The notes beneath the pieces are model-generated. The model made no database searches, had not been told where the DNA came from, and was given only the letters and a program-made list of their open reading frames with translations. A DNA stretch of 64,000 nucleotides from an uncultured Alphaproteobacteria bacterium. Its GTDB lineage: Bacteria > Pseudomonadota > Alphaproteobacteria > Rhizobiales > Hyphomicrobiaceae. A program made the translations under genes and the position numbers. The DNA is taken from contig CAWCHB010000019.1 in the NCBI GenBank assembly GCA_963795225.1, positions 49,981 to 113,980 on the forward strand, in the 5' to 3' direction. Of the stretch, positions 11,216-19,881 are shown one piece after another. The stretch's first letter is position 1, and every line of letters begins with the position of its first letter.

Positions 11216-12100
11216 ATGCGTTTCGATCGAATTGCCCTGCACGGCGCTGCGCTCGCCGTAGCGATGATGGCGGCCGCCGCTGCGCACGCCGAGAACGCCG
11301 CAACGGGCGTGTGGATCGACCACACCGGCCGCGGCGCCGTCGAGATCACCGACTGCAACGGCAAGCTATGCGGCCACGTCGCCTGGGTCGACGATGCCAA
11401 GCATTCCGACCAGTGCGGCAAACAGATCATCGGCAACGTCAAGTCGGTCGGTAAGAACAAGTGGGACAACGGCTGGATCTACAATCCGGACGATGGCTCC
11501 AAGTACGACGTCGAGCTGACACCCATCGGCGCCGACAAGCTGAAGGTCGTCGGCTATGCCGGCACCAAATGGCTGAGCGAGACCTATACGTGGAAGCGCG
11601 CCCCGGCCGATATCAAGAAGTGCAACGGGTCGGGCGATACGGCTGCTGCCGCGGCGCCGGCTCCGGTCGCTTCGGTCGCTGCCGACAAGCCGGCCGCCAC
11701 CGCCAAGAAAGATGATGTCAAAACGGATGCCGCGACGAAGTCCGAGCCGCTCAAGCTCGACGAGGCCAAGCCGGATGTCGCCGAGTCCGAGAAGGCAAAG
11801 AACGACGAGCCGAAGGCGGACAAGGCGGCGAAGGCCGACGGCGAGCCAAAGTCGACGGATACCGCAAAGGCGAACGACGATGAGCCGACGTCGACGGAGC
11901 CGGCAAAGGCGAACGTCGATGACGAAGCCAGCGACGAACCGAAGGGCCGCAAGAAGAATGCCGGCAAGGTTCTCGCCCGCATCATGGATGAGTTGGGCGA
12001 CGGCGACGGCCCCGTGAAGATCAAGCGCAACGGCAAGAAGTGCACGGTGCGCGTGCCGTATGTCGACATGGTCGTGGCGGTCCCCTGCGACAAGGACTGA
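11216..12100 (+). CDS. DUF2147 family exported protein with K/D/A-rich low-complexity linker
   Basis: GVWIDHTGRGAVEI..C..KLCGHVAW; WDNGWIYNPDDG; GGGAGG RBS. Confidence 0.8.
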   Translation: MRFDRIALHGAALAVAMMAAAAAHAENAATGVWIDHTGRGAVEITDCNGKLCGHVAWVDDAKHSDQCGKQIIGNVKSVGKNKWDNGWIYNPDDGSKYDVELTPIGADKLKVVGYAGTKWLSETYTWKRAPADIKKCNGSGDTAAAAAPAPVASVAADKPAATAKKDDVKTDAATKSEPLKLDEAKPDVAESEKAKNDEPKADKAAKADGEPKSTDTAKANDDEPTSTEPAKANVDDEASDEPKGRKKNAGKVLARIMDELGDGDGPVKIKRNGKKCTVRVPYVDMVVAVPCDKD

Positions 12101-12110
12101 GCGCGCAGCG

Positions 12111-13856
12111 CTAACTCCGACCCCAAAGGCCCGCGGTCCACGCCGCGGGCTTTTCTTTTTCCGCCTCTGTCGGCGCCAAGATGGCGGAAGGCAGATCGCG
12201 TCCGCGCGCGACGGCGATCACCTCGATCGGTTCGGCGACACCGCGCACGTCTACGTGTGCGGTCATCTCCGCCGGTGGCTCCCAGCTCGCCTGCGTGGCC
12301 ACCTCGCGCGACAGGATGAGCTGCACGTCCTTCTCTTTGGTCAGAGCCTCGAGGCGGCTGGCGACGTTGACGGGATTGCCGATGACCGTGAAGTCGACGG
12401 CTTCGCCATAGCCGATGCGACCGAGCAGCAGCGGACCTGCGTCGATGCCGATGCCGACGGCGAGCGGGCGGCCGAGTTCGGCCTCGAGTTGGGCGTTGAT
12501 GCGATCCAGCGCCAGATCGATATCGCGCGCGGTACGCAACGCCTGCCGGCACCCCGCTTCGACGCCGTCACGCTGGCCGAACACGGCAAGCAGCCCGTCT
12601 CCGAGGAACTTGTCGATCCAGCCGCCGTGCGCGGTAATCGCGGCGCCTACCACGCCGAAGAACTCGTTGAGTACGTACACGATGTCGAAAGGCAGCCGCT
12701 TCTCGGAAAGGCGCGTGAAATCGCGCAGGTCGACGAACATCACGACCAGCGTTTTTTCCACGCCGGCCGAATCCGCCTCCTCGATCGCCGTACCCTCGGG
12801 TCCGGTGCTGTCGGACTTCAACAGCCGCGTCACGACGATGTAGTGCTCGGGCCTGATCTGGCAGGCGAGCCGGACGTTCGGCGGCGCCCCTATGCTGCCG
12901 AGCGTCACGCTTTCGGGAAACACGGGCGAAGTAAGCCCGAACGAGCCGCGCTCGATGCGCACGCGGCAAGTGGAGCAGCGCGCCCGGCCGCCGCACACGG
13001 AAGCGTGCGGTATGCGCGACATGCGGCTGATTTCGAGCAGCGTTGGCCCTTGCGGCACCTTGACGGTCGGTCCGGCGGTGTAGGCGACCGTCACCTTGGG
13101 ACCGGCGAGGCGCGCGAAATACGTCCAAGCGATACAGCCAAATACCACCGTCAGTACCGCGGCGAACTCGATGCGTGCCAGATTGCGCAGCCATACCAGC
13201 ATCTCACCGGATGTCGCATCCGGCCATCGCGTGAGCACCTTGAGATTTGCCAGCACCGATGGCACTTCGATCGCGGCAGCCACGTTGCTGCCGGCGACCG
13301 CGAAGCCGCCCAGCGCCGCCAGGGGGATGATCACGGCCAAGGTAACGAGTAGCGGGAACACACGGCGGTACGGTTGGTAGAGACGCAGCCAGAAATGAAT
13401 TCCCATGCAGCCGTGCACCCAGACGATGACGAGCAGCAGGCTCTGGATGATCGCGCTCGCCGGCCACAGGCGCGCCAACTCGTACACATAGATGTCGTTT
13501 ACATTGAAGTAGACGTGGGCGATGCGCGTGTTGACGATGTGCGGCAGCAGCAGGAAGGGGATCGATATGCCGAGCAGGATCTGCACCAGTTCCCAGCGCG
13601 GCAGACGCAGCGTCGCCCGCCCCGCCAGCTTGTAGAGCCCGAGCGAAGCATGGATGAGGAGCGCCGCCAGCAGCACGATCGTTCCCGGCCAGGAACGCGT
13701 GACCGCCCAGCGCCACTGCTGCACCACCTGCATCATGTCGATGCTGATGAGGCCCAGCGCGTGGTTGATGAAGTGGGTTGCGGCAAACGTGAATAGGATG
13801 AGCCCGGAGACGAGCCGCAGCCGCTGCAGAGTGTCGCCGCGCCAAAGGACGTGCAT
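12111..13856 (-). CDS. CyaC-type adenylate cyclase (membrane domain + 2Fe-2S ferredoxin + class III cyclase)
   Basis: TM helices with His (THFINH, LIHAS, LPHIV, WVHGC); CGGRARCSTC..RLACQ; FVDLRDFT, DKFLGDG, TVIGNPVNVASRLE. Confidence 0.9.
   Translation of the reverse strand: MHVLWRGDTLQRLRLVSGLILFTFAATHFINHALGLISIDMMQVVQQWRWAVTRSWPGTIVLLAALLIHASLGLYKLAGRATLRLPRWELVQILLGISIPFLLLPHIVNTRIAHVYFNVNDIYVYELARLWPASAIIQSLLLVIVWVHGCMGIHFWLRLYQPYRRVFPLLVTLAVIIPLAALGGFAVAGSNVAAAIEVPSVLANLKVLTRWPDATSGEMLVWLRNLARIEFAAVLTVVFGCIAWTYFARLAGPKVTVAYTAGPTVKVPQGPTLLEISRMSRIPHASVCGGRARCSTCRVRIERGSFGLTSPVFPESVTLGSIGAPPNVRLACQIRPEHYIVVTRLLKSDSTGPEGTAIEEADSAGVEKTLVVMFVDLRDFTRLSEKRLPFDIVYVLNEFFGVVGAAITAHGGWIDKFLGDGLLAVFGQRDGVEAGCRQALRTARDIDLALDRINAQLEAELGRPLAVGIGIDAGPLLLGRIGYGEAVDFTVIGNPVNVASRLEALTKEKDVQLILSREVATQASWEPPAEMTAHVDVRGVAEPIEVIAVARGRDLPSAILAPTEAEKEKPAAWTAGLWGRS
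12125..12160 (+). terminator. Intrinsic terminator
   Basis: AAAGGCCCGCGG-TCCACG-CCGCGGGCTTTTCTTTTT. Confidence 0.75.
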
Positions 13857-13935
13857 GGGGGCCGGTCATCCCATAAAGCTCGGGCGCACACTATACGAGG
13901 AGAGCGGCGGGGGAAGGGGCTTGCGACTCGAGAGT

Positions 13936-14481
13936 TCAGGTGTCGGCGAGGCTTCGTCCGAGAAATACCAGCTCGCTGCCGTTGACGCTGGTGCGGGCGC
14001 GCTCGCGGAATCCGACGCGCTCGTAAAAGCGCACGTTGCGCGCATCGGCGGACGTAACGACGTGCATGCCCTTGGCCCCGGCGCGATGGGCATCGGCGGC
14101 AAATGCCTCGATCAATGCGGCGCCAATGCCCCGATTGCGAAACTGCGGAGCAAGATTGACGTGCAGATGGGCAGGATAGTCGTCGGCAGCGAGGGCGAAG
14201 TCTTCGAACCCGCTGCCTTCATCGAGGGCGCCGACGAGATAGCCGGCAAGCCTGCCGTCCTCCGAAATCGCCACATAGGCCCATTGCGGATACTGCGCGA
14301 GATAGCGCGCAAACCATCGTTCACGGAATGCGGCGCGCGCCTCCGGGTCGACGAACGTCTTGGTGCCGCTGGCTTCGAAAAAGATGGCGTCGAGCTGCTC
14401 TAGAAGTCGATGCGGGTGCGCAACGTCCATCCATCGCCGGACGGCGATGGCGGAGCGAACATCGGTATTGTCATCGACCAT
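13936..14481 (-). CDS. GNAT family N-acetyltransferase
   Basis: PAHLHVNLAPQFRNRGIGAALI; FYERVGF. Confidence 0.85.
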   Translation of the reverse strand: MVDDNTDVRSAIAVRRWMDVAHPHRLLEQLDAIFFEASGTKTFVDPEARAAFRERWFARYLAQYPQWAYVAISEDGRLAGYLVGALDEGSGFEDFALAADDYPAHLHVNLAPQFRNRGIGAALIEAFAADAHRAGAKGMHVVTSADARNVRFYERVGFRERARTSVNGSELVFLGRSLADT

Positions 14482-14564
14482 CACTTGTCGCGCCTGCGCG
14501 TCGGCTCTGCGCAACTCGATGCCTGACGCAGAAGGGCCGGAGCAAGCTCCGACCCCGACGTTAA

Positions 14565-15005
14565 TTAATAGTTGTCGTCGACGCATTCTTCGTAGCGCGC
14601 CCACCAGTAGTGGCTACCTGTCGCCTGGGCGCGGCGGCGCAGCCAGCCGCACCCTTCGCTGTAGCCTCCGCGGTCATAGTAAGCCCCATACCCGACGAAC
14701 GGGTATCCATAGAAGCGGAGCCCATGGCCATGGCCGCGGTGCCCACCCCAGTTGACGCCCCACCCATGCCCGGGGCCGGGTCCGTGACCACCTCCGCCGT
14801 GTCCAGGCCCGTGTCCGTGACCTCCGCCGTGCCCATGACCACCGCCATGACCACCGCCGTGACCGCCACGACCGACATCAGTCACTATGCTGCCGGACGC
14901 CGGAGCCTGTACTTTTCCGGCTGGGAAAGCCTCGGCGGTGCGCGCTGTAGCGAGCACTGCAAACAGCGCGCTCGCGGCCAGTCCCGCTATCATCACTCGT
15001 TTCAT
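14565..15005 (-). CDS. Exported Gly/His-rich protein with Cys-bracketed C-terminal motif
   Basis: GAGGAG RBS, signal peptide, GGHG repeats, CGWLRRRAQATGSHYWWARYEEC. Confidence 0.8.
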   Translation of the reverse strand: MKRVMIAGLAASALFAVLATARTAEAFPAGKVQAPASGSIVTDVGRGGHGGGHGGGHGHGGGHGHGPGHGGGGHGPGPGHGWGVNWGGHRGHGHGLRFYGYPFVGYGAYYDRGGYSEGCGWLRRRAQATGSHYWWARYEECVDDNY

Positions 15006-15159
15006 ACCGCGTCTCCTCGAGTTTCGGCCCACCGCTACTGCAAACGCCGCACTGCTGCGCGACGTACCGAGCGTACGGAAAGCGTTAACCGTATGTAGGA
15101 AACGTAATTCTGGGGTTCCAATATCTCGCGCCGCAAAGAATTGCCGTGAGCCGAAATGC

Positions 15160-15507
15160 TCAATTGAGGCAGGCGCGATAGCGGGTCCACCAGTTGCGGT
15201 TCTTGGTGGCAATCGCGCGGCTCGCAAAACGGCGACAGGAGCCAGGGGAGCGATCGGTGTCGCTGTAGTAGCGGTAATAGTACGGCTGCTTATTCTCGCT
15301 GTCGCGCACATCGCCAGCGCCACGCATCGGCGGACGGCGAGATTTTAGTCCGCCGTAGGCGCCGCTTCGGTCGCCGCGATGCGCATCGCTGGCGACGCCC
15401 GACCGCGCCAGCGCGCCCGGCCGCTCATACGGCGCGGCAAGCGCCGCAAGCGGCAGGCAAGCTACCAACACACTCAACACACATCCGAGCCATGCCTGTA
15501 CGGTCAT
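15160..15507 (-). CDS. Exported small protein with the same Cys-bracketed C-terminal motif
   Basis: AGGAG RBS, signal peptide, CRRFASRAIATKNRNWWTRYRAC. Confidence 0.72.
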   Translation of the reverse strand: MTVQAWLGCVLSVLVACLPLAALAAPYERPGALARSGVASDAHRGDRSGAYGGLKSRRPPMRGAGDVRDSENKQPYYYRYYSDTDRSPGSCRRFASRAIATKNRNWWTRYRACLN

Positions 15508-15572
15508 GCGCAACTCCTGCGGCGACACGACCAGTATATGGGATCGGATGCCGTTGGAGGAAATGCTTGTGG

Positions 15573-15944
15573 TTAAACCGGCGAGGCGGGGTCTTCGGCG
15601 CCGTCTTCCGCCTGCGGGATCGGCACCGAGCCGTAGTTGGGGCTGAAGGGCTGCGTGGGATCGTCCTCGCGCTCGTACATGCGCAGGCGCGGGGGCCGTT
15701 GCCCCTCCATCCCATCGTCCTCGACCTCGCCTGCCGGCTGCGGAGGCTTATGATCGGCCTCCGACATGGTGGCTATCAGGCCGCCAAACAGACCGCCCGT
15801 TGGCGAGGGCGCCGTCGTGCTGCAGCCGCCGAGCATGACGGCCGCGAGGGAGAGCAGGAGCGCCGCGCGCGTGCGGGGCGCTCCTGAACGCACTCCGGCC
15901 GAACGCAGGCCGGTACGCACCAACAACACACGCGACAAAGACAT
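15573..15944 (-). CDS. Putative lipoprotein
   Basis: Lipobox LGGC; EVEDDGMEGQ.PP...EDDPTQPFSPNYG. Confidence 0.65.
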   Translation of the reverse strand: MSLSRVLLVRTGLRSAGVRSGAPRTRAALLLSLAAVMLGGCSTTAPSPTGGLFGGLIATMSEADHKPPQPAGEVEDDGMEGQRPPRLRMYEREDDPTQPFSPNYGSVPIPQAEDGAEDPASPV

Positions 15945-16038
15945 GGGACACGCCTCTCGACCAACGCGACTGTCCCAATTCTGGACGGGCAAGGTTAATG
16001 GCGGCCTAACCGCTGTACCGCTCCAACGCGGTCATCGT

Positions 16039-16677
16039 TCAGTTGGTGATACGCAGCAGAGCGCTGCCGCCGATCCCATCGAACACCGCCTGTACGGCGA
16101 TGCCCGACAACAGAATGCCGAACACACGCATCAGAACCCGCTGTGCGGTAATGCCGATGACGCGGTTGAGCTGATGCGACAGCAGCAACAGGCCGAGCGT
16201 AATCGCCATCACCGCGGCGAGCGCGCCGATGACCATCGCCAGCGACCAGGGATTTCCATCGGCGTTCGCCGCCAACAGAATTCCCGCACTCATCGCACCG
16301 GGTCCGGCCAGCAACGGCATCGCCAGCGGAAAGACGGCGATATCGTCCTTGGTTTGCGCCTCCTCGTCCTCCGGCTGCGTCAGCTTGAAGGCGCTCGTCG
16401 GCTTGGCGAAGATCATGTCGAGGGCAATGAGCAACAGAATGATGCCGCCGGCGGTCTGCAACGCCGCGATGCTGACACCGAGCTCGTCGAGCAGCGGCTG
16501 CCCCAGCAGCGTGAAGATAAGCAGCAATAGGCTGGCGATAATCGTCGCGCGAACGGCAATCGCCGCGCGCTCGCTGCCGCTCATTTTAGGCGTCAACGTC
16601 GCGAACAGCACGGCAGCTTCCACCGGCCCGACGGTGGCGAAGAATGTCGTGAAGCTCGTCAGCGCGATCTCGAGCAT
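16039..16677 (-). CDS. marC: MarC family membrane protein
   Basis: DIAVFPLAMPLLAGPGAM; RVFGILLSGIAVQ. Confidence 0.9.
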   Translation of the reverse strand: MLEIALTSFTTFFATVGPVEAAVLFATLTPKMSGSERAAIAVRATIIASLLLLIFTLLGQPLLDELGVSIAALQTAGGIILLLIALDMIFAKPTSAFKLTQPEDEEAQTKDDIAVFPLAMPLLAGPGAMSAGILLAANADGNPWSLAMVIGALAAVMAITLGLLLLSHQLNRVIGITAQRVLMRVFGILLSGIAVQAVFDGIGGSALLRITN

Positions 16678-16864
16678 TGGAGGTGCCTATTGCAGTAGCG
16701 AAGTGGTCTCGGTGCCGCTCAATTGCCGGGCGTTTTATCAGCAGTCATGCAACGAGGCTGCTAACGCACTCAACTTGTGGAACAAATTCATTGTCAGAGG
16801 CTTTCCCTGATCTATCATTCAACGGACGAGTCTGGGGGACTCGTCACAGACACGGGGGATTTCG

Positions 16865-17134
16865 ATGCAAGAACCCGAATTTGCCACCCTGCTGCGAGGA
16901 TACAGCCTGACGACGGCCGAGATCCTCTACCGCCTGCCGGACCATCCGGCCCTGCTGCAATCCTACATCTGGCAGGACTACGACCTTCACCCGCGCTTTC
17001 CCAAACTCAAGAGCTTCCTCGACTTCTGGACGGCGAAGCTCGACGGCAAGCTGTTCAAGGTGACCGTCGCCCACAACAAACTACTCACGCCCGCCGAGGT
17101 GCGCCTCGTCGGAGCCGAGTTCAAGGTGCACTGA
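16865..17134 (+). CDS. usg: Usg family protein
   Basis: GYSLTTAEILYRLPDHPALLQSYIWQDYDLHPRFPKL..FLDFW...LDGKL. Confidence 0.9.
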   Translation: MQEPEFATLLRGYSLTTAEILYRLPDHPALLQSYIWQDYDLHPRFPKLKSFLDFWTAKLDGKLFKVTVAHNKLLTPAEVRLVGAEFKVH

Positions 17135-17696
17135 CGGCCTCTGCGGCACCGATCGGAAAGAAGGCTCCGCCGCTCCAGACGCCGGCGAAGCGCTGGCCAT
17201 CGCGCGATTCCTCCACGACGAGGGCGATGAGGTCATGCACGAGCGCGCGCGTCAGCAGCGCCTCCAAGCGGCCGCGTACCAACACATACGGCTTGAGGCC
17301 GCGGCCCGGCTCCGGCTCGGCAAAGCGCAGCGGATTGTCCGGTCCGCAAACGACGACGTCATCGACATTGGTGCGGAAGGTGAGCTGCTGCGCGCGCCCC
17401 GCGCCGAGCGCCTCCATCTCGACTGCGAGGAACGGAGCGTCCTCGACGTCGACATCGACCTTCTCAGCGGGCGTTACCAAGTAAGTGCGTCCGTCCGCAT
17501 CTTTGCGCAGCACGCCGGCGAACAGCTTCACCAGCGCCGGCCGCCCAATCGCACTGTCGCGGTAGAGCCAGGTGCCGTCGCGGCGGATCTTCAGCCCGAT
17601 GTCTCCGCAGTACGGCGGATTCCAGCTTTCAACGGGCGCCGGGCTCCGCTCCGGCACCGTCTCCATCAGCCCTTCGAGCTTGCCTATCTCACCCAA
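17121..17696 (-). CDS. DUF1285 family protein
   Basis: WNPPYCGDIGLKIRRDGTW; LVTPAEKV.VDVEDAPF; KPYVLVRGRLEA. Confidence 0.88.
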   Translation of the reverse strand: MGEIGKLEGLMETVPERSPAPVESWNPPYCGDIGLKIRRDGTWLYRDSAIGRPALVKLFAGVLRKDADGRTYLVTPAEKVDVDVEDAPFLAVEMEALGAGRAQQLTFRTNVDDVVVCGPDNPLRFAEPEPGRGLKPYVLVRGRLEALLTRALVHDLIALVVEESRDGQRFAGVWSGGAFFPIGAAEAVSAP

Positions 17697-17906
17697 CTCA
17701 ATTTGCCTTCGTGCCGCCTATTTCCGTATCCGGCGTCACACTCTGCGCCCATCCGCAGCGTGTGACACGCTTACCCCCATATCTAACGTAACATTCACTT
17801 GACCCGGCGCATGCCGCCTTGGATCGTTCCGTTCATAAATTTGTTAAGCTAACGCTGGCCCTCCGCGTATCCAGGTCCCCAGAACGATAAGTGAGCCCCG
17901 ATCGTC

Positions 17907-18905
17907 ATGAGCACCCTCACCGACACGCACACTGACATTGTTCCACGTCTGGAAGCTGCTTCCGAGCGGGTGCAGAGGGCGCACAAGGCGGCGGCGTCGG
18001 TCATCTTCGGCCAGGACGTCGTCATTGAGCGAACGCTCGTCACCATCCTCTCCGGCGGCCATGCGCTGCTCATCGGCGTTCCCGGCCTTGCCAAGACGCT
18101 GCTGGTCGAAACGCTAGGCCGCGTGCTCGGCCTCGACGCCAAGCGCGTGCAGTTCACACCCGATCTCATGCCCTCCGACATCATCGGCTCAGAAGTTCTC
18201 GAAGACGCGCCGGGAAAATCGCGTGCGTTCCGCTTGGTGAAGGGTCCGATCTTCACCCAGCTGCTAATGGCCGACGAGATCAACCGCGCCTCGCCGCGCA
18301 CGCAGTCGGCGTTGCTGCAGGCTATGCAGGAGCATCACGTCACCGTCGCCGGCGCCCGCTACGACATCCCCGCGCCGTTCCACGTACTGGCGACGCAGAA
18401 CCCGCTCGAGCATGAAGGGACTTACCCCTTGCCCGAAGCGCAGCTCGACCGCTTCCTGCTGCAGATCGACGTCACCTATCCCGACGTTCTGGCCGAGCGG
18501 CGCATGCTGTACGCGACAACCGGCACCGACGACCGGCATCTCGACGCCGTCCTCACCGGCGCCGAGCTAATGAGCATCCAGCGCCTCGTGCGGCAGATCC
18601 CGGTTCCCGACAAGGTCGTCGACGTGATCTTGAAGCTGGTGCGCTCGGCCCGGCCCGGCACCGGCGTCAGCGAGGAGACGGACCGCTTCGTCGCGTGGGG
18701 CCCCGGCCCGCGCGCCAGCCAGGCGCTGATGCTCGCCGTGCGCGCCAAGGCGCTGATCGATGGCCGCCTCGCACCCTCGGTCGACGACGTGCTCGCCCTG
18801 GCGGAGCCGATCCTCAAGCACCGCATGGCGCTGACGTTCGCGGCCCGTGCCGAAGGTCAAGACCTCAGCGCCATCATCGCGCGGCTCGTCGCCGCGGTGG
18901 AGTAA
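17907..18905 (+). CDS. moxR: MoxR family AAA+ ATPase
   Basis: GVPGLAKT, RVQFTPDLMPSDI, ADEINRASPRTQSALL, LPEAQLDRF. Confidence 0.95.
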   Translation: MSTLTDTHTDIVPRLEAASERVQRAHKAAASVIFGQDVVIERTLVTILSGGHALLIGVPGLAKTLLVETLGRVLGLDAKRVQFTPDLMPSDIIGSEVLEDAPGKSRAFRLVKGPIFTQLLMADEINRASPRTQSALLQAMQEHHVTVAGARYDIPAPFHVLATQNPLEHEGTYPLPEAQLDRFLLQIDVTYPDVLAERRMLYATTGTDDRHLDAVLTGAELMSIQRLVRQIPVPDKVVDVILKLVRSARPGTGVSEETDRFVAWGPGPRASQALMLAVRAKALIDGRLAPSVDDVLALAEPILKHRMALTFAARAEGQDLSAIIARLVAAVE

Positions 18906-18912
18906 CGCAAGA

Positions 18913-19881
18913 ATGGCGAACGGCGCGCACTCCCGCCAGGATCCTGCCAAGGGTGCCGGGGTCCTGGCGCTCGAACGCGAAGCGCATGGCCTCGCCGACC
19001 GGCTGCCGGAAATCCTCATAGACGCGCAGCGCATCGCGCAGACCGTGGCGCATGGCCTGCATGGCCGCAGACGCGCCGGGCCGGGCGAGACGTTCTGGCA
19101 ATTCCGTCAATTCCAAGCGAGCGACACGCTGCGTCAGATCGACTGGCGGCGCTCGGCGAGCTCCGACCATCTCTACGTGCGCGAGCGCGAGTGGGAAGCG
19201 GCGCATACCGTCTGGCTGTGGCCGGATTTGTCCGAGTCGATGAACTTCCGCAGCCATCTGGCGCCGTCGACAAAACGCGAGCGCGCCGTGTTGCTGATGC
19301 TGGCCGCTGCCGAGCTGCTGGTGCGCGGCGGTGAGCGCGTCGCCATGCTCGGACTGACGCAGCCGACGGCAAGCCGTAAGGCGACGACGCGCATGGCGGA
19401 AGCCATACTCGCTCATCAGGACGCCGACACCATAGGCGCCACCCAGCCGCCCAAGGTACAGCTCGCGCGCTATTCAGGCGCCGTGTTGTTCAGTGACTTC
19501 CTCGACCCCATCGCCAAGACGCGTGAGCACATCGAAGCACTGGCGGCCGATGGCGCCGTCGGCCACCTCATCGAGATTGTCGATCCGGCGGAAGAGACGC
19601 TGCCGTACGAGGGCCGCACGGAATTCTTGAGCCCCGACGGCGGCCAACGCTGGGTCGCCGACCGCGTGCAAAGTCTTCGCACGCAATACAAGCAACGGCT
19701 CGAAGCGCACCGCGCCGAGCTGATCGAGTTGACCAAACGCCTCGGCTGGTCATTCCTCGTCCATCATACCGACCGCTCGCCGGCCGAGCCGCTGCTGACC
19801 CTCATTATGCGCATGCAGGGCGGCGTGGACGATCACCGCTGGCAAGGGCCTGTTGCACCGGGCACCGAGGCAGCGCCATGA
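18913..19881 (+). CDS. DUF58 domain protein
   Basis: HGRRRAGPGETFWQFR..IDWRRSA..YVREREWE; follows moxR. Confidence 0.9.
   Translation: MANGAHSRQDPAKGAGVLALEREAHGLADRLPEILIDAQRIAQTVAHGLHGRRRAGPGETFWQFRQFQASDTLRQIDWRRSASSDHLYVREREWEAAHTVWLWPDLSESMNFRSHLAPSTKRERAVLLMLAAAELLVRGGERVAMLGLTQPTASRKATTRMAEAILAHQDADTIGATQPPKVQLARYSGAVLFSDFLDPIAKTREHIEALAADGAVGHLIEIVDPAEETLPYEGRTEFLSPDGGQRWVADRVQSLRTQYKQRLEAHRAELIELTKRLGWSFLVHHTDRSPAEPLLTLIMRMQGGVDDHRWQGPVAPGTEAAP

Noticed and set aside
14720-14875. Tandem GACCACCGCCGT-like repeats as a CRISPR or VNTR
   Set aside because: They encode GGHG repeats inside a CDS; no spacers or cas genes
15994-16008. CtrA-like site TTAA-N7-CTAA (similar ATAA-N7-TTAG near 1984)
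   Set aside because: Imperfect matches with no independent support
16807-16822. FixK/FNR box upstream of usg
   Set aside because: CTGATCTATCATTCAA does not fit TTGAT-N4-ATCAA spacing
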